Below are positions 37,201 through 49,382 of a stretch of 64,000 nt of DNA, in pieces. Position 1 is the first letter of the stretch; every line of letters begins with the position of its first letter. Source of the DNA: Marsupella aquatica. Taxonomy: Eukaryota > Plantae > Marchantiophyta. The notes beneath the pieces are model-generated. The model made no database searches and was not told the DNA's origin. It was given only the letters and a program-made list of their open reading frames with translations. The DNA is taken from positions 12,712,238 through 12,776,237 of the forward strand of contig OZ316892.1 of NCBI GenBank assembly GCA_973895155.1, in the 5' to 3' direction. The position numbers were made by a program, and so were the translations under genes.

Positions 37201-39588
37201 GCACAGTCTGTTTTGTAGAAAACAAACAGGGCTGCTAGTTTGGGACGGAAATTATCTTGCCGCATATATTCTAATTTAGATCCATCAATGTGTTACCCAT
37301 GGCAACTTATTCTGGCTGCACACCATGTTGAACCATTATTCATAATGAAGTTTTCCTAAGTAGTTCGTCATTGCCCTGACTGATTATTGCATTGGTGATC
37401 TACAAATCGTAAAATCTTGTTGCAGTGGAACATTCATCGAGTTCAGGATGGGCATGCTTAATGTGTCTCCCATTGGACGCAATTGTAGTTATGAAGGAAC
37501 GAGTAGAATTCGAGAGGTATGACAAGGTAAGGACATGGACCGACTACTGAACATTTGTCTCATGAGTAGGTACCTGATTGCTTGGTATCATGCTGGGGTC
37601 GTCACAGTGGGGATAGCAAATTGTAGTCTCGCGGACGGATTTCAGAGTAGGTTTGGCATATTCGTTGTAGTCTTTGCAATCAGTGGACAGTTTGTCAAGA
37701 GCTTCCATCTCTTCAGAATGTACAGAAAGCCGTTAGTTACTTAACTTGCGCTTGGTACTACTATGATGTGATGAGGATGTCTGTTGGTTGAATAGGTGCA
37801 CAATATCCGATCGAAATTTGTGGGAATCTTGAAAGAAAAATTTGCAGATTACAGTTTGACTTACTCCATTGGTGGGCAAATCAGCTTTGATGTAAGTGAC
37901 TCTATTTGTATCGTTTATTTTCACTTGTAGAGAAAAATAATTCTTAGGGCCTCACTGAAGCTCCCATAGACCACAACGTTTGACAAGATGTCGGATGAAC
38001 TGCCACAATCCACATGGACCATCTTGAAACGTTAATTTTTACTCTGGTTAAATCTCTCCTTTGTATGAATGTTTACATGTTTAAAGTCAAAACTTGCTTT
38101 GGTCTATCAGACTCCTTTGGTCAAACATGGTCGTCCATCCCGAGCATGAGCTTCCATCAGTCTTGATGTTAGATATCCTAAACCCACGCAGCCGCTCTCC
38201 GCTCGTTCTCCATTTGATCTCTTTCAGTTTCTTGAGAAGTGAAGTGATTTACTAAACATAACTTGCATTTTAAAGTAAGCTTTGAATGTTTGAAGATGTA
38301 TTGGTAGCAGATGACGGTGCCATGTAAGTCAAAAGGTGAAATCAATGGAGAGGGAATGGGACCCGATATCTCCTTACCGCATTTCCTGGTTCCCGTAGTT
38401 AAAGATCGCCAGCATTTACCTGGAATGATTCCTAAGTTCTATTGGAATTTTTAGAGCGCTATTTCTGGTTTGTAATTACAAACTTTTGATCGTGATGGTT
38501 CAGGTCTTCCCCCGTGGATGGGATAAGTCATTCTGTTTGTCATTTGTTGAGAAAGAATCCAGTGAGATTCACTTTTTTGGAGACAAGACTTTCAAGGTAA
38601 AGTTAGTTTCTGACTCTGCCAAATTCCATATTCCTTGAATTGTAGGACGGACCACGTTTTCCTCTTGATTTTTCACAAATCTTCCGATAGCCTGCTATGT
38701 TTGGGCAGGTTAGAGAATTTAGTTTCGTGGATGACAGTTTGTGTCAGAGTTACGGTTTTAAGGAAACAGATGGAATTTTGCTCGTGACGTCTGATATCTC
38801 CCCTTTAATGTCGATCTGTGTCTATGGCTAGTGAGTTATTTCAACAGTTGGTCTAGTGAGCGTGGTGCATACACGAGCAAGCAAGATGGGACTTGCTGTT
38901 AGAATTGCATATATTTTCTTGCTGCTCTTGTCGATTTTCCTGTTTAACATACCATCCATTATCTGTCGTGCAATAACACAGGGAGGAAATGATTATGAGA
39001 TCTTCGAATCTGAGAAGACTATTGGGCACACGGGTAAGTCGGCATTTTTGTTTATCTGGTCATGTTTACGAGATAGGCTGTTATCACAGGCTGGTTCATA
39101 GTCTCTCCAGGTTTTTTTTAATTCTGGTAGAAATGGTCATCAGTGCGCATGAAGTACATTAAACGATTTTCGCATGTGTAGATTACCCGTTTGCTTTTTG
39201 GAAACCCCTCACGGGTCCTTGGTGACCCTTTCTTCGATTTACCCAGATACTGTCCAACCCGCCCATTACTAACACTTCCCAGTTCCCATCCCTTTCCGAG
39301 TGTAGAAGGTGTTGTGATTGGGTAGTGCTCCATGCGTTTCAAGTCCTCTAAGTCAGTTATTTTTGGGGTAAAATATTTATGGCAACGGTGCTCTTAGCTG
39401 TAGTTAATGGCTAGATATTCTTTGAAAAAATTTGAATGCATATCCTCATAATGTTGAATCTGACCTATGCTTTCATGCTTCCAGTTCGAATCTCACTTGT
39501 TGTCTCTACCCTCATGTTGAATTTGTGTGGTTGTACAGTGACCAGTCCTGAAGACACACAAAGCCAGTGCACGAAACTGTTTTTATGA
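34212..39588 (+). pseudogene. PMM: Phosphomannomutase gene (HAD-IIB, eukaryotic PMM) with disabling lesions
   Basis: Eleven exons with intact GT-AG sites: 34212-34289, 35105-35149, 35396-35462, 35873-35949, 36222-36257, 36509-36564, 37426-37526, 37796-37891, 38504-38596, 38982-39033 and 39539-39588. Motifs include [51 protein letters not shown] and [16 protein letters not shown]. Lesions are an in-frame TAG at 35926-35928, one extra base at ~37496 and FDVDDTLT in place of FDVDGTLT. Confidence 0.88.
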
Positions 39589-40042
39589 CCATTCCTTTTG
39601 GTTCGCTCTTTATCAAAAGTCTACCTGAATAACAGGTTGATTAGGGGGACTGTTAGTGGTCCACTGATAGAACACACCACACGTTGGACCTTCTGACATC
39701 GTTTTTACTAGCAAGAGTAAAGGCGTTAAGCTTAATGGTTACTTCTGTAGTGTAACTCTGATTATTTGGAAGAATCTGCATGATCTCAGCTCAGGCATCT
39801 GATCAAAGTGAAAAAGAGGTGAAGTTTTCGAATAGTAGTACAGTTGTCGGCCTGGAAAGGAAGGACCCGGATAGAAATTATGCATGTTGAAGCGTATCAC
39901 ATTTACCTTAAATTTAAAGTAGTTGCTGTTTGTGGATGAGACAGGATAGACACAGGGTATTCTAGAACTCATCATCTGTAAGTGTGGGTGACTCATCATC
40001 TATGAGTGTGGGTGAGTGCTCCAAAAGAGTTTAGCTGATTTT

Positions 40043-40270
40043 ATTACTGACCCCCATGGGAAGTTCATTCCAAAATTCTTGCAAGTATGTGCAATCACAT
40101 CAACATGATTTGTCACAAACAAAACCATTAATTATCTGCAAAACATCAAATTTGACTATTCTTGTTTGAGTCAAAGCAAAAGAAAACACATCTAGTCATA
40201 TTAAACATGATTTGTCACAAATAAGAATCATAAATTATCCAAAAAGAATCAAATTTGACTATTTAGGTTT
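40043..40270 (-). mobile_element. Partial inverted copy of the TA-flanked MITE family
   Basis: The reverse complement GAATTTTGGAATGAACTTCCCATGGGGGTCAGTAATAA matches the right end of 13402-14071. Confidence 0.45.
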
Positions 40271-40584
40271 GAAGAAAGACAGGGCCTAAAAGTACCATTT
40301 CCATGGAAACAAAGAAAATGATTAAATAGAGTGAAAAGGACGGGTACTCTTGCCTTTGTGAAATGACACGAAAATCTTTCCATAAATATTGATTGATATA
40401 TTAGCGTTTTTTGTGAACTAAAAGCCAGAATAGACGGTTACGTTGTCTTGAAGCCCCCATGGACAGCCCCCATGGACAAATCAAACTTGGATGGACTTGA
40501 CTCAAACAGACATATATGCTTGGATACTATGTTTTGCACTTGTGTCCAAAAATATCCTGTCAGATCATCATTTCTGTCCAACTA

Positions 40585-40838
40585 TCCAAAAGTACCATGT
40601 CAAAGCACCACATCTGTCCATGTGATGATTTGACATGTGGTGCTTTGATTGCAAGCCTTGTTGTATTCTCGTAATATTCTATTTCCTCAAGCTAGTCACT
40701 TGCTCACTTCAATCATTTTTTAGAGTTTAATAAAAAAACATAAAATATGTAAGGTATGTTTAGGTGTTATAGGCACTATCTAGCCTTTATGGTAAATAAA
40801 ATTATGTGTAGACTAAGCTTTGACATGGTACTTTTGGA
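40585..40838. mobile_element. MITE-like element with 22-bp perfect TIRs
   Basis: TCCAAAAGTACCATGTCAAAGC (40585-40606) and its exact reverse complement (40817-40838) enclose an AT-rich interior. Confidence 0.6.
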
Positions 40839-41329
40839 CATGGTACTCTATGGAAAATAAGCGTCTCAAGTTTTCCAAGACCTTATTTTCCATAGAGTGT
40901 CGCCCTTGTGTTAAGGAGGGGTTTGACTTATTTTGTTGCAGCAAAGCTACCTCAGATTTTAATCTAAGAGGGTATTGTTGAGAAATCTTATTTTTCAGAG
41001 AGCGCTGCTCTTGTTACAATAAGCGCTTTGAGTACTTTGCCATCGCAGAGGTCTCAAAAATTTCAAATACACTACTAGATGTACACCTTTATTTCATTTC
41101 ATGCATGTTTTGGGTTCACTTTTAGGTGCACAAAGTCTCTAACTGTAATTAAAATGCAGGGTAAACAGCTAATGAGAACATTTATTACCTAGATTTTCTC
41201 ATCATTAGATGTAAGATGCTCAGTGTATGTGTCATAGTCCATGGAGATGATGGGAGACAACCTCCCAGTCCATCTGGGCTTTGGTTTTGTTTTTTGTTAA
41301 TTTATTTTAATATTTTTAATTTAATTTTA

Positions 41330-41530
41330 ATATTTTTGAAGTAATGACAAGTAGAAAGAAACTCTTCAATTACTCTAACATTTATCAAGGTAACATAAGA
41401 AAACCAGAAAACTTTTCAATTTCTCTAAATTTGGGCCTCCTCCTCGCCCCTCCTGGTGTATAGGGACTCGAACCAGGTAAAATAAGTGCTCCCAAGAGGA
41501 GCATTAACTCTACCCACTTCACCCCTCGTT
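41330..41530 (-). mobile_element. Possible tRNA-derived SINE remnant
   Basis: The minus strand has a B-box GGTTCGAGTCCC preceded by a small stem-loop (TGCTCC-TCTTG-GGAGCA) and followed by an AT-rich tail. There is no complete cloverleaf. Confidence 0.35.
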
Positions 41531-44500
41531 ACTTCTCTATAGGGCTTTGGGCCCTGCCAATAAGTTCTCTCAAAATGGAGGGAGCAATCAAGCACTCTGC
41601 CTCACCCGTTTGAGGTAAGTAGTCAAAAACACTTAAATGTGATTGGGCAGTAGGTGTGAAAATTTCACCAAGGCAAAAGTCCCACCGATGCGTGCAATAA
41701 ATAGTTGGACTGTCCTCCCGAGAGTGCCCTTTGAAAAAACACAATGACTCCTCTAATACTTTAACAAAGTTTCAAATGGGAAACCGTCACTGCTTTCAAC
41801 CATGAAATGATCAACGCAAAATGGCCAGTGGAAAGATCACGCAATCGTCAACAACGATTCAATCTTCCACCATGATCAAACACATGAAAGCTCTCATTGT
41901 TGCCCAGGCCACCGAACCACGAACATGAAGCTGAGACAACAATGTGGAACAAGAGAGCACTCAATTTCACACTAATATATATATATGTTGATGAAAAAAT
42001 TAATGTATAAATAGTATAGAACAAGACATTATGATGGAGAAACTCCCAAAGAATCCATAGCTCATGAGAAAGTACACATGAAGAATGAAAGAAAGAATGC
42101 TCTCTCTCCAACCTATATACGCAGGGAGGCCAAGATGTGTGGACCTAATCTCAGTGTATTTTATACTAATGTAATCCAGAGTTAATTAACCTTAGCAAGG
42201 CTAAACTAACCAGAAGTTGGAAACTCGAGTCAATTTCTAACAGATGTAGGGCATTTGCAAGGGCAAGCGCCCCATAAAGAATTTGTAATTGACTAATGCT
42301 AAATATTAAATCTTCACCTTGGCATGTGTTTCAGAACAAAATTTGTTCTTAAAACACTTCCAGCAATCTAGAGTCCATAGTGGAATTGTGCCATATAAGA
42401 GAATCATCCAAGAAGGTCAAATGGAAAATTTGAGCTACTTCATAGCAAATCCCAAGTTAAGATCTTGGACTACGTAATGATTATGAAATACAATAAACAC
42501 GGTTAGTGCAAAGCTGAGTTAGCGGAGCACATGTTTTGTGTGAAAAGTTATGTTCAAAGACAAGGATCCCGCCCCTGAAAAGACAGAAAAAAGTGTCACT
42601 TTTTCGAGTTGAACCCATCTCGAATACCTTCTTCCAGATCCGCTGATTCGATCCTCACGATTCTGATGAGTAAGTTAGCAAACAAAAAGACCTTTGTACG
42701 AACTAACATTCCTTTGCAATCGAATGAACACACTCTCCTAAAGGTGGGGGATCTCCAGCACACGTATGAAGAATGTTGTGTTCCGTTGCGCGTTCTGTGC
42801 TTCGAATTCACCGACCGCGTAATGAGGTCACAGGTCTTGATTTTGCACTTTGAATCAGATAAGAGTCTCCGGGAATATCTGCCAAAGAAAATAAATGTGC
42901 AGGACTATCCGGATAGTCAAGCTCGTGAGAAGTGTCTTGATGAGAAACAGTACCAGCAGAAGAAGTACCTTATCCAGCGTGCAGAATGATTAGGCAACCG
43001 AGCTCATGCACCGATGATGCAGCCTAAAGGACGTACATGGAACGAAGGTATTGATCTGGTGGGTTTTTAAGCTATGCATCACTTTGGTTCGCAAATCTTA
43101 CTTCTGTGGCGAGCGATCATTTTAGTTCCCAAATCTTACTTCTGTGGCAAGCTAATGAGGAAAAGATGTGTCAGCCTTGAGAGTCGGCACAATAAATGCA
43201 TCACTTCTAAGGTTTTTCGTTTGTCGCCAAGGTGTCGAATGTTATCATGGGTGAAGCAGAAGATGTTAAATTTCATATTCTAATTCTACACATCCTATCT
43301 AATTTTTTTCCACTAGAGTAAACCCTGATGGTGTCTACTAAAGCCATTAACTAATCCATATATCTTTTAACGTGCTAAGGATTTGCTGACATTGTAGTAG
43401 TACCCTAGTGGTACCTTGGTTCAGTTACTTTTGCCTTGCCTTGAGAATTTTGCTGTTGGCCATCAATTTTTTCCTCAGAAAGACGTTCTCTCAATCTTCA
43501 TTTTCTGGTATTCCACTATTGTCTAGACAAACAACTTTTTTGTGGCTATTTCTACGGATAACAGCATTCCCTAACATTTTCAATTTATACTTTACACACC
43601 AAAAAGTGTTACTACGCCTCATACCAAGATTCATTGTTTCTAGTATCAGTCTTAGCACCATAAAGAACACTAGTGAATAACTCCCAATTATTGTTAGTAA
43701 CTAGCAGCATGCAATAAGCAGTGTAATTACTGCTTTTGGGATCCTGTCTCCGGTATGGCCCCTATTGTTCTTTGGCAGTATTTTTGGGTTCTTCCTCGAA
43801 GAGCATATCTGAACGCACGCTCGTTAGAGCATCTTGCTTATGAGAGAGCTCTCCTGTATAATCTGCAGTGCTTTGGCAATATTCTACTGTAGCTTTGTGA
43901 GTTTCGAGGCTCACATGCGCGAGGAATAACGTGCATCTTTGAAGATACAGAATTGTCGTGCCTCCAAAATCTTACGACGATCCGCATGACATGTTGAAAC
44001 TACCATTGGTAGGCCCTGCCAGGCCCGCAGGGTAGCGTTGGCCATTCCGTTTGTTTTCGAGCTCGGGAAGAGTGTGACGATGTCACGCTATTCTTGTTTC
44101 CTCATAAAATGTCCCTCGGATTTAGTGTACAGTCGCAGGAGCTCGACGATCATCCTCTTCAAGCAGGGCAGCGTCCTTCCAAGTCAAATAAGTCTTTGAA
44201 TTGTGCTGGACTATCCAGAACACTCAGCCGTGGCTAAGTGTGTGAATGTCCTGACTTGCTTTCGTGGAGAGGGATGATGTGGGTATCGAGTTTTTCCTGT
44301 CGACTCGATCCAAATGGAGCCAAAAGTCACGTGTATTTGTCTGCCCCGGACCGCTACTTTGGAAGCTTGACATCAGAGCTCTCGAGATGGACTGTAGCGC
44401 GGAATCAATGGTGTCAACTGGGTCAAAATTGCAGTCTGCGAAGACCACGCTCGATCAATCCAGTCTCAAATTTATACCATTTAAATTCTGAGATTACATA

Positions 44501-47500
44501 ACAAATTACTGTTACAATGAGTGTCGAAAATCCGCATGGACAGCTGGACGCCAGCCAATGCTTTGCTCTGACTATTTAACAAATTCACTTTTAGTTAGAG
44601 GATCTTTGCTATTTTTCTTCGATCTCCCCCCTTGCTTCCAAATTATTGTTCAGAAGATAAATCTGTTTTGTAATTCGTGATAGGAGCTTACCACTGTTCA
44701 CCAAGATATATATATTTGTAGCATAAGTCGTGATGAAGTTTACCTTTGGATCTACACTAGGTGAAGCCATAGGCCATTCTCTAGTAACAGAAACGCTTCT
44801 TATTTAGACCATGGCTGTGTGAGTAGGGACCGACCTAATCGCGTGGGAATCTACTAGCCATTCCCGATCATACACATCACTTTTCCTACCGATCATTCCT
44901 TTCCCTACAGACTTGCCACGTATACAATTCAGCAATGCTCTCCGTTGTTGGCTAGTAGATTCCCACGCGAAACCATAACAAGATCATACCAGAACGTTGC
45001 CCATTAGTCGGGAGAGGTTTCATACATTTGAGTTCCGATCGCTCTTGCGAGAAACGTACCATAGTTTTGGGAACCGACTCGACTTCAAGAGTGTCAAATA
45101 TGTCAAAAGCTCTAAGAGCTGAATAATTTTTTGGGCACGATGGACACGGGCGCATTGTGAAGAAACAGTTTCGTGTGACTTTCTAGCCTACGTTTCTTCA
45201 GGACAGACATAATTTATTTCGCATGGTATGTCCGTGAAAAGCCGCCGTTAGTCAGTCCTGCAGGAGATTGAAAATGACATCGGGAACACTGCAGCAGAGG
45301 CAGATCTGCAGAGAACGTCAATCGAGATTTGAGATAGCACTTCATTCAATATTTGCTGATCAATACAAGATTTCACGTCTGACAGTTCCAATACAAGGAC
45401 TTTTGGAGTTATCTTGCTCAGTCGAACTTTTTGTCCATGAAACTGTGTAGAAGAGACATATTTTGGGAAGCAAGAACATATGGACATATCCTTTCAAGAG
45501 ATAACAGTGAAGCGGTTGTCAGAACCTTTCTCGTAACTCGGACTGCTTTCTAGAAAAGCGTACTTCCAGCTTGGATGAGTGCCGGCATCTATAATTTCGT
45601 CACAGTCGAGACTCCTTTCGGAACTTCCAAGTTCAGTTTGCCGCTGAGCCCAGAACGGAGATGCCAGGGTATATAACGATACATACTTGACTACAGGTCC
45701 ACGTCTATGCATGCCAAAATTCAACAATGGTCTATTTTAGCTGACGATAGCTGAAGATCAATCCTGGGCTCTGGTTCGTGAGAACTTTCAGTTTCAAAAG
45801 ACGAATTAGCGTTAACAGACCGGACACAAACAGTCTTGTGTAAGGGTACACAAACAATCGTCACCTTTCCGCTCACTTTAAAATAGAATGAAAACTTCCC
45901 ATTACTTTCCTTGCAGTCAAACTCTAACAGCCATTCAAACGACAATCTGAAATTCCCCTGGCGACAAGAATCTGAAGCCTCAAGCAACCTTATACGCCTT
46001 TACGTGACTCGATTACCCTACCGCACGACCACATAAGTATTGGAATTTCAACTGTTGATTGCAAGATTTGGTGCAGCCGGCGAGTTATGCTCGTCTTAAA
46101 TGTCGCGTACGAAGTGTACGTACATGCGTCGTTGAGTTTGAAGTTTCTTACTTACCTGAATACCATCCACTATACACTAACTTGACAGAATCTAGTCTGA
46201 CAGTGTGGCCAAAAAGTTTCATTACATTTCTCCCGCTTATATAAGACCTTGCCAGATTTTCATCTTATCTATCGAGACTTCTACCTTTACAAGCTTGACA
46301 ACAGTTGGGGTTCCATATTCATCGGCCCATTGCCGCTGGGGCGGCTTTTCCACCTTATGGACACAGGTGAAAATTCAGATTCTCGTTCTCACTGCTAGCA
46401 ACTTGTGTCACTGAGCTTTGCAACGGCTGGCAACTTCCGGTGCCTATCATTCAAAATTTCCAGACGGAGTTTCTCAATCTGGACAAAGAAGCTAGATTTC
46501 GAATGCAGTTATGTACATTCCAGCGTACACCATTAAGAAACGTCTGCACCGTCCAGTCCACGAAGTCCCTCATTCATTTCTCAAACCGTGCAAAACTCTA
46601 GTCAGGTCGCGTATGACAAAAGGATACGCAAACTCCACCTTCTCGGCTTGAACAATCGCACTAGATTTCCAGTCAGGACTGATCCTGAGAGCTGATGGAG
46701 CAAAACGAAAAGCTAGAATCAACAGTATCCAAATCGATTAGGTTCGAGAGGTGCTGATCCCGGTGTCGTCCCTTGTCTTGACCAGGAGTAACTGGAAGTG
46801 ACAATTATAATTGTACAAACTGATGACCAAATGGTACAGTTTGGTCTTCCTGAGTACCTTCATGTAACAGTACTCGCATATAGAGGTCAAAGCTTAAGGA
46901 TTCCTTGACGGAAAGAAAAATGTACGTTCTACTAGCACATGTTTGCAACAACTTACTCATTCCAATCACTGCTAGATTTGGTCCGACTAATAGAGGTCAG
47001 AGTACGATTTACTGACCCGGCAGTTTGAACAAAGCTGTCACCTTCATCTTTCCGGTTTTCGAACAAAACGTCCGTGACGTCGATCTGCGCACAACCTTCT
47101 TAGCAATTAGCGCCACGCTGCATACATCCCGCAGTATATCGTTCGCACACCTTTGCATTCACATAACAGTGGGTACTGTAAATTAACGGACATGTCTCTC
47201 CCTAGTCTGGACCTACCTATTAATCCATATCGACTCTCCCAGAGAGAGCTTCCGAACAGTGCGTAGCGTGTGTTATTCACACAATAATCAGCGTCACAAA
47301 CAGTACTACAAGAGCAGGACGGTTCATCAGTCAAAGTGGAACATTAAGTTGTTTTCAGTCTCACAAAGCCCATCAACCCCGAATGGATATCTAGTAACTT
47401 GTAAATTCAGGTCCTAAGGAACTACTTTATTTAAAAGTGCAGCTGCAAAACGTTGATACTCTTCCGGATCCCAACAAAAGCTACCTATCAATCTTCTTTC

Positions 47501-49210
47501 GTGAGATGAAAAGTGTCGTTCCTGTCGTAGACTTTTCTGGTTGTAAACTCATCAAGAGCGTGCGAAAGCGATACAGAAGCCCGCCGCAAAGCACTGCAGT
47601 GCCGTTTTCATCTTTTAAACATCATCCAGATCTACGAGTGAGGCAGTCTTTTCAGCTTTGGAATCATCTACCAATATGAACCAATTCCCATCAGCCATTC
47701 AGAACAAAGATACGGGATTCGGACAAAGGGCATCGTCTGCAAGTTCGCTACATCAGTGCAAAAAAATTCCAGTTCTAACAATCCATGGGCGAGAGAACGC
47801 AAAAATTTACATAGTGAGGGTTCCCCAGACGTCTACTGTCGTACACAGGCTTAACGGAAGCCGAGAAGGATACACTCTACTGGACTTAGTGAAGCGATGT
47901 AGTCGTTTGAGACGGATTACGAGCTACTGCTTGCAGAGAAAATGCCCAGACTACTCTGATCTATCTATCATTCCAAATCATACTGAATATACATTAGAAC
48001 TGTCAGTACACGACTCTTCACTGCAGTGTTTGAATCAATCGGTGCACAGATCCCTGTGAAAGAAAAAGACAGATGCGTTCCACCCCACCAGTCTCGAAGT
48101 TATCCTGTGTCCTGCAAGTCCACCTTACATTCCTTATGACACTATCACATCAGATGTACCCAAATCAGCGACTCGAGAAGACAACCCCAGTCCTGCACAT
48201 TGCAAACGTAGCATGTTCCTCTTTGGACAGTCGTACACATCAGGCGAAAAGATGGAGAATGAGCTGTTGAATCAGCAATCGAACTTTCAGTTCAGTTTAG
48301 AAGGTCATGCAGGTCTGTACAAAGACTTGTGGAAGTTTATATTTATTAATACAGTTCCTGACTGCATCTATCCTTGACATACTGGATTGTAAAACTCATC
48401 TAGCTGGACGCCAGGGTGCTGAAGTTCGGTTATACCACAGGATGGGGCACGTACACTTGATTCGAAGTGGAACAGTTTAGCCTGATCCTAACGCCAAGGG
48501 TATCACCTCAGTTCCATCTAGGGCCTGTGAAAGCTCGATGGAGTCTAACAAGAAGTTATTGGTAAAATTTAGGTGTTAGACATTCTGGATTGCAACACCC
48601 TTTCAGGCACAACGGCCACGATGCTGCAGATCGACTTCACTAATACACGGGCTCAGGGGCTTGAAAATACTGTTTCTGCTGAATTCAGCTCTAGCATTCT
48701 GGTCTCAAAGTCGTTCTAGAGAGAAGGTAATTCGAAGTACTTCTTTCAGTACTCAACCCACCATCTAAGCTCTCCCTTCAGTTCCAGCAAGGGGTGAGTT
48801 ACAAACACTCAGTTCGGACGGGTTACTCCCAGTCCACCTCAATCATATCCACCTCCAGATTTGTAGTCACGACATCCGAACAACCTGATGTGAACATTTT
48901 CTTGTCGTTCAATATTCAGGAACAGTTCGTTCATTATTATCACAGGCAGCACTGTCATTATACGTTCTCAAAATGTCGTGGAAGTCGAAGTCAGTTTGAT
49001 GCTGTAAGAGATGATGGTGCGTTGAAAAATCCGTCCTGTAGACACACACGAATGAAAAATATCAGGAGCCCATGTCAGTTACGGTTAGCACGCATTCGTA
49101 GACTTTAGTTTAGTTCGAAGTGTGAGCGTTCTACGAGTTCAAGTAGAACATGCGGGGTAGCTTTGAAGAACAATTAACATATAGCAGAGCCTAGTCAAAC
49201 ACCCGAACCC

Positions 49211-49382
49211 GAGGGGGAGCTCCCTTCAGTCCAAGGGGGGCCAAATAGGAACTAGTGCAGCTCCCGCATCAAACATGCGCATATGCCATCCCCAAACTCG
49301 GGGATAGATCAAACGGATGTATGAGTCAGCAGCGGCTCTAGCACGTAAAGAGCCGCAGTTGAACAGAAGGGAGTTCCCATCC
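49211..49382 (-). ncRNA. MIR319: MIR319 precursor hairpin
   Basis: Mature CUUGGACUGAAGGGAGCUCCC is at 49235-49215 on the 3' arm and the complementary star arm GGGAACUCCCUUCUGUUCAAC is at 49378-49358. The loop-proximal duplex GCUGCUGACUCAUACAUCC / UUUGAUGCGGGAGC is typical of miR159/319 long foldbacks. Confidence 0.95.

Noticed and set aside
41455-41530. Functional tRNA gene
   Set aside because: A B-box and one stem-loop are present, but there is no acceptor stem or D-arm. It is kept only as a low-confidence SINE remnant.
41986-42242. Second solo LTR (TGTTGA...CTAACA)
   Set aside because: The termini are suggestive, but the flanks (ATATA versus GATGT) give no TSD and no PBS or PPT is evident.
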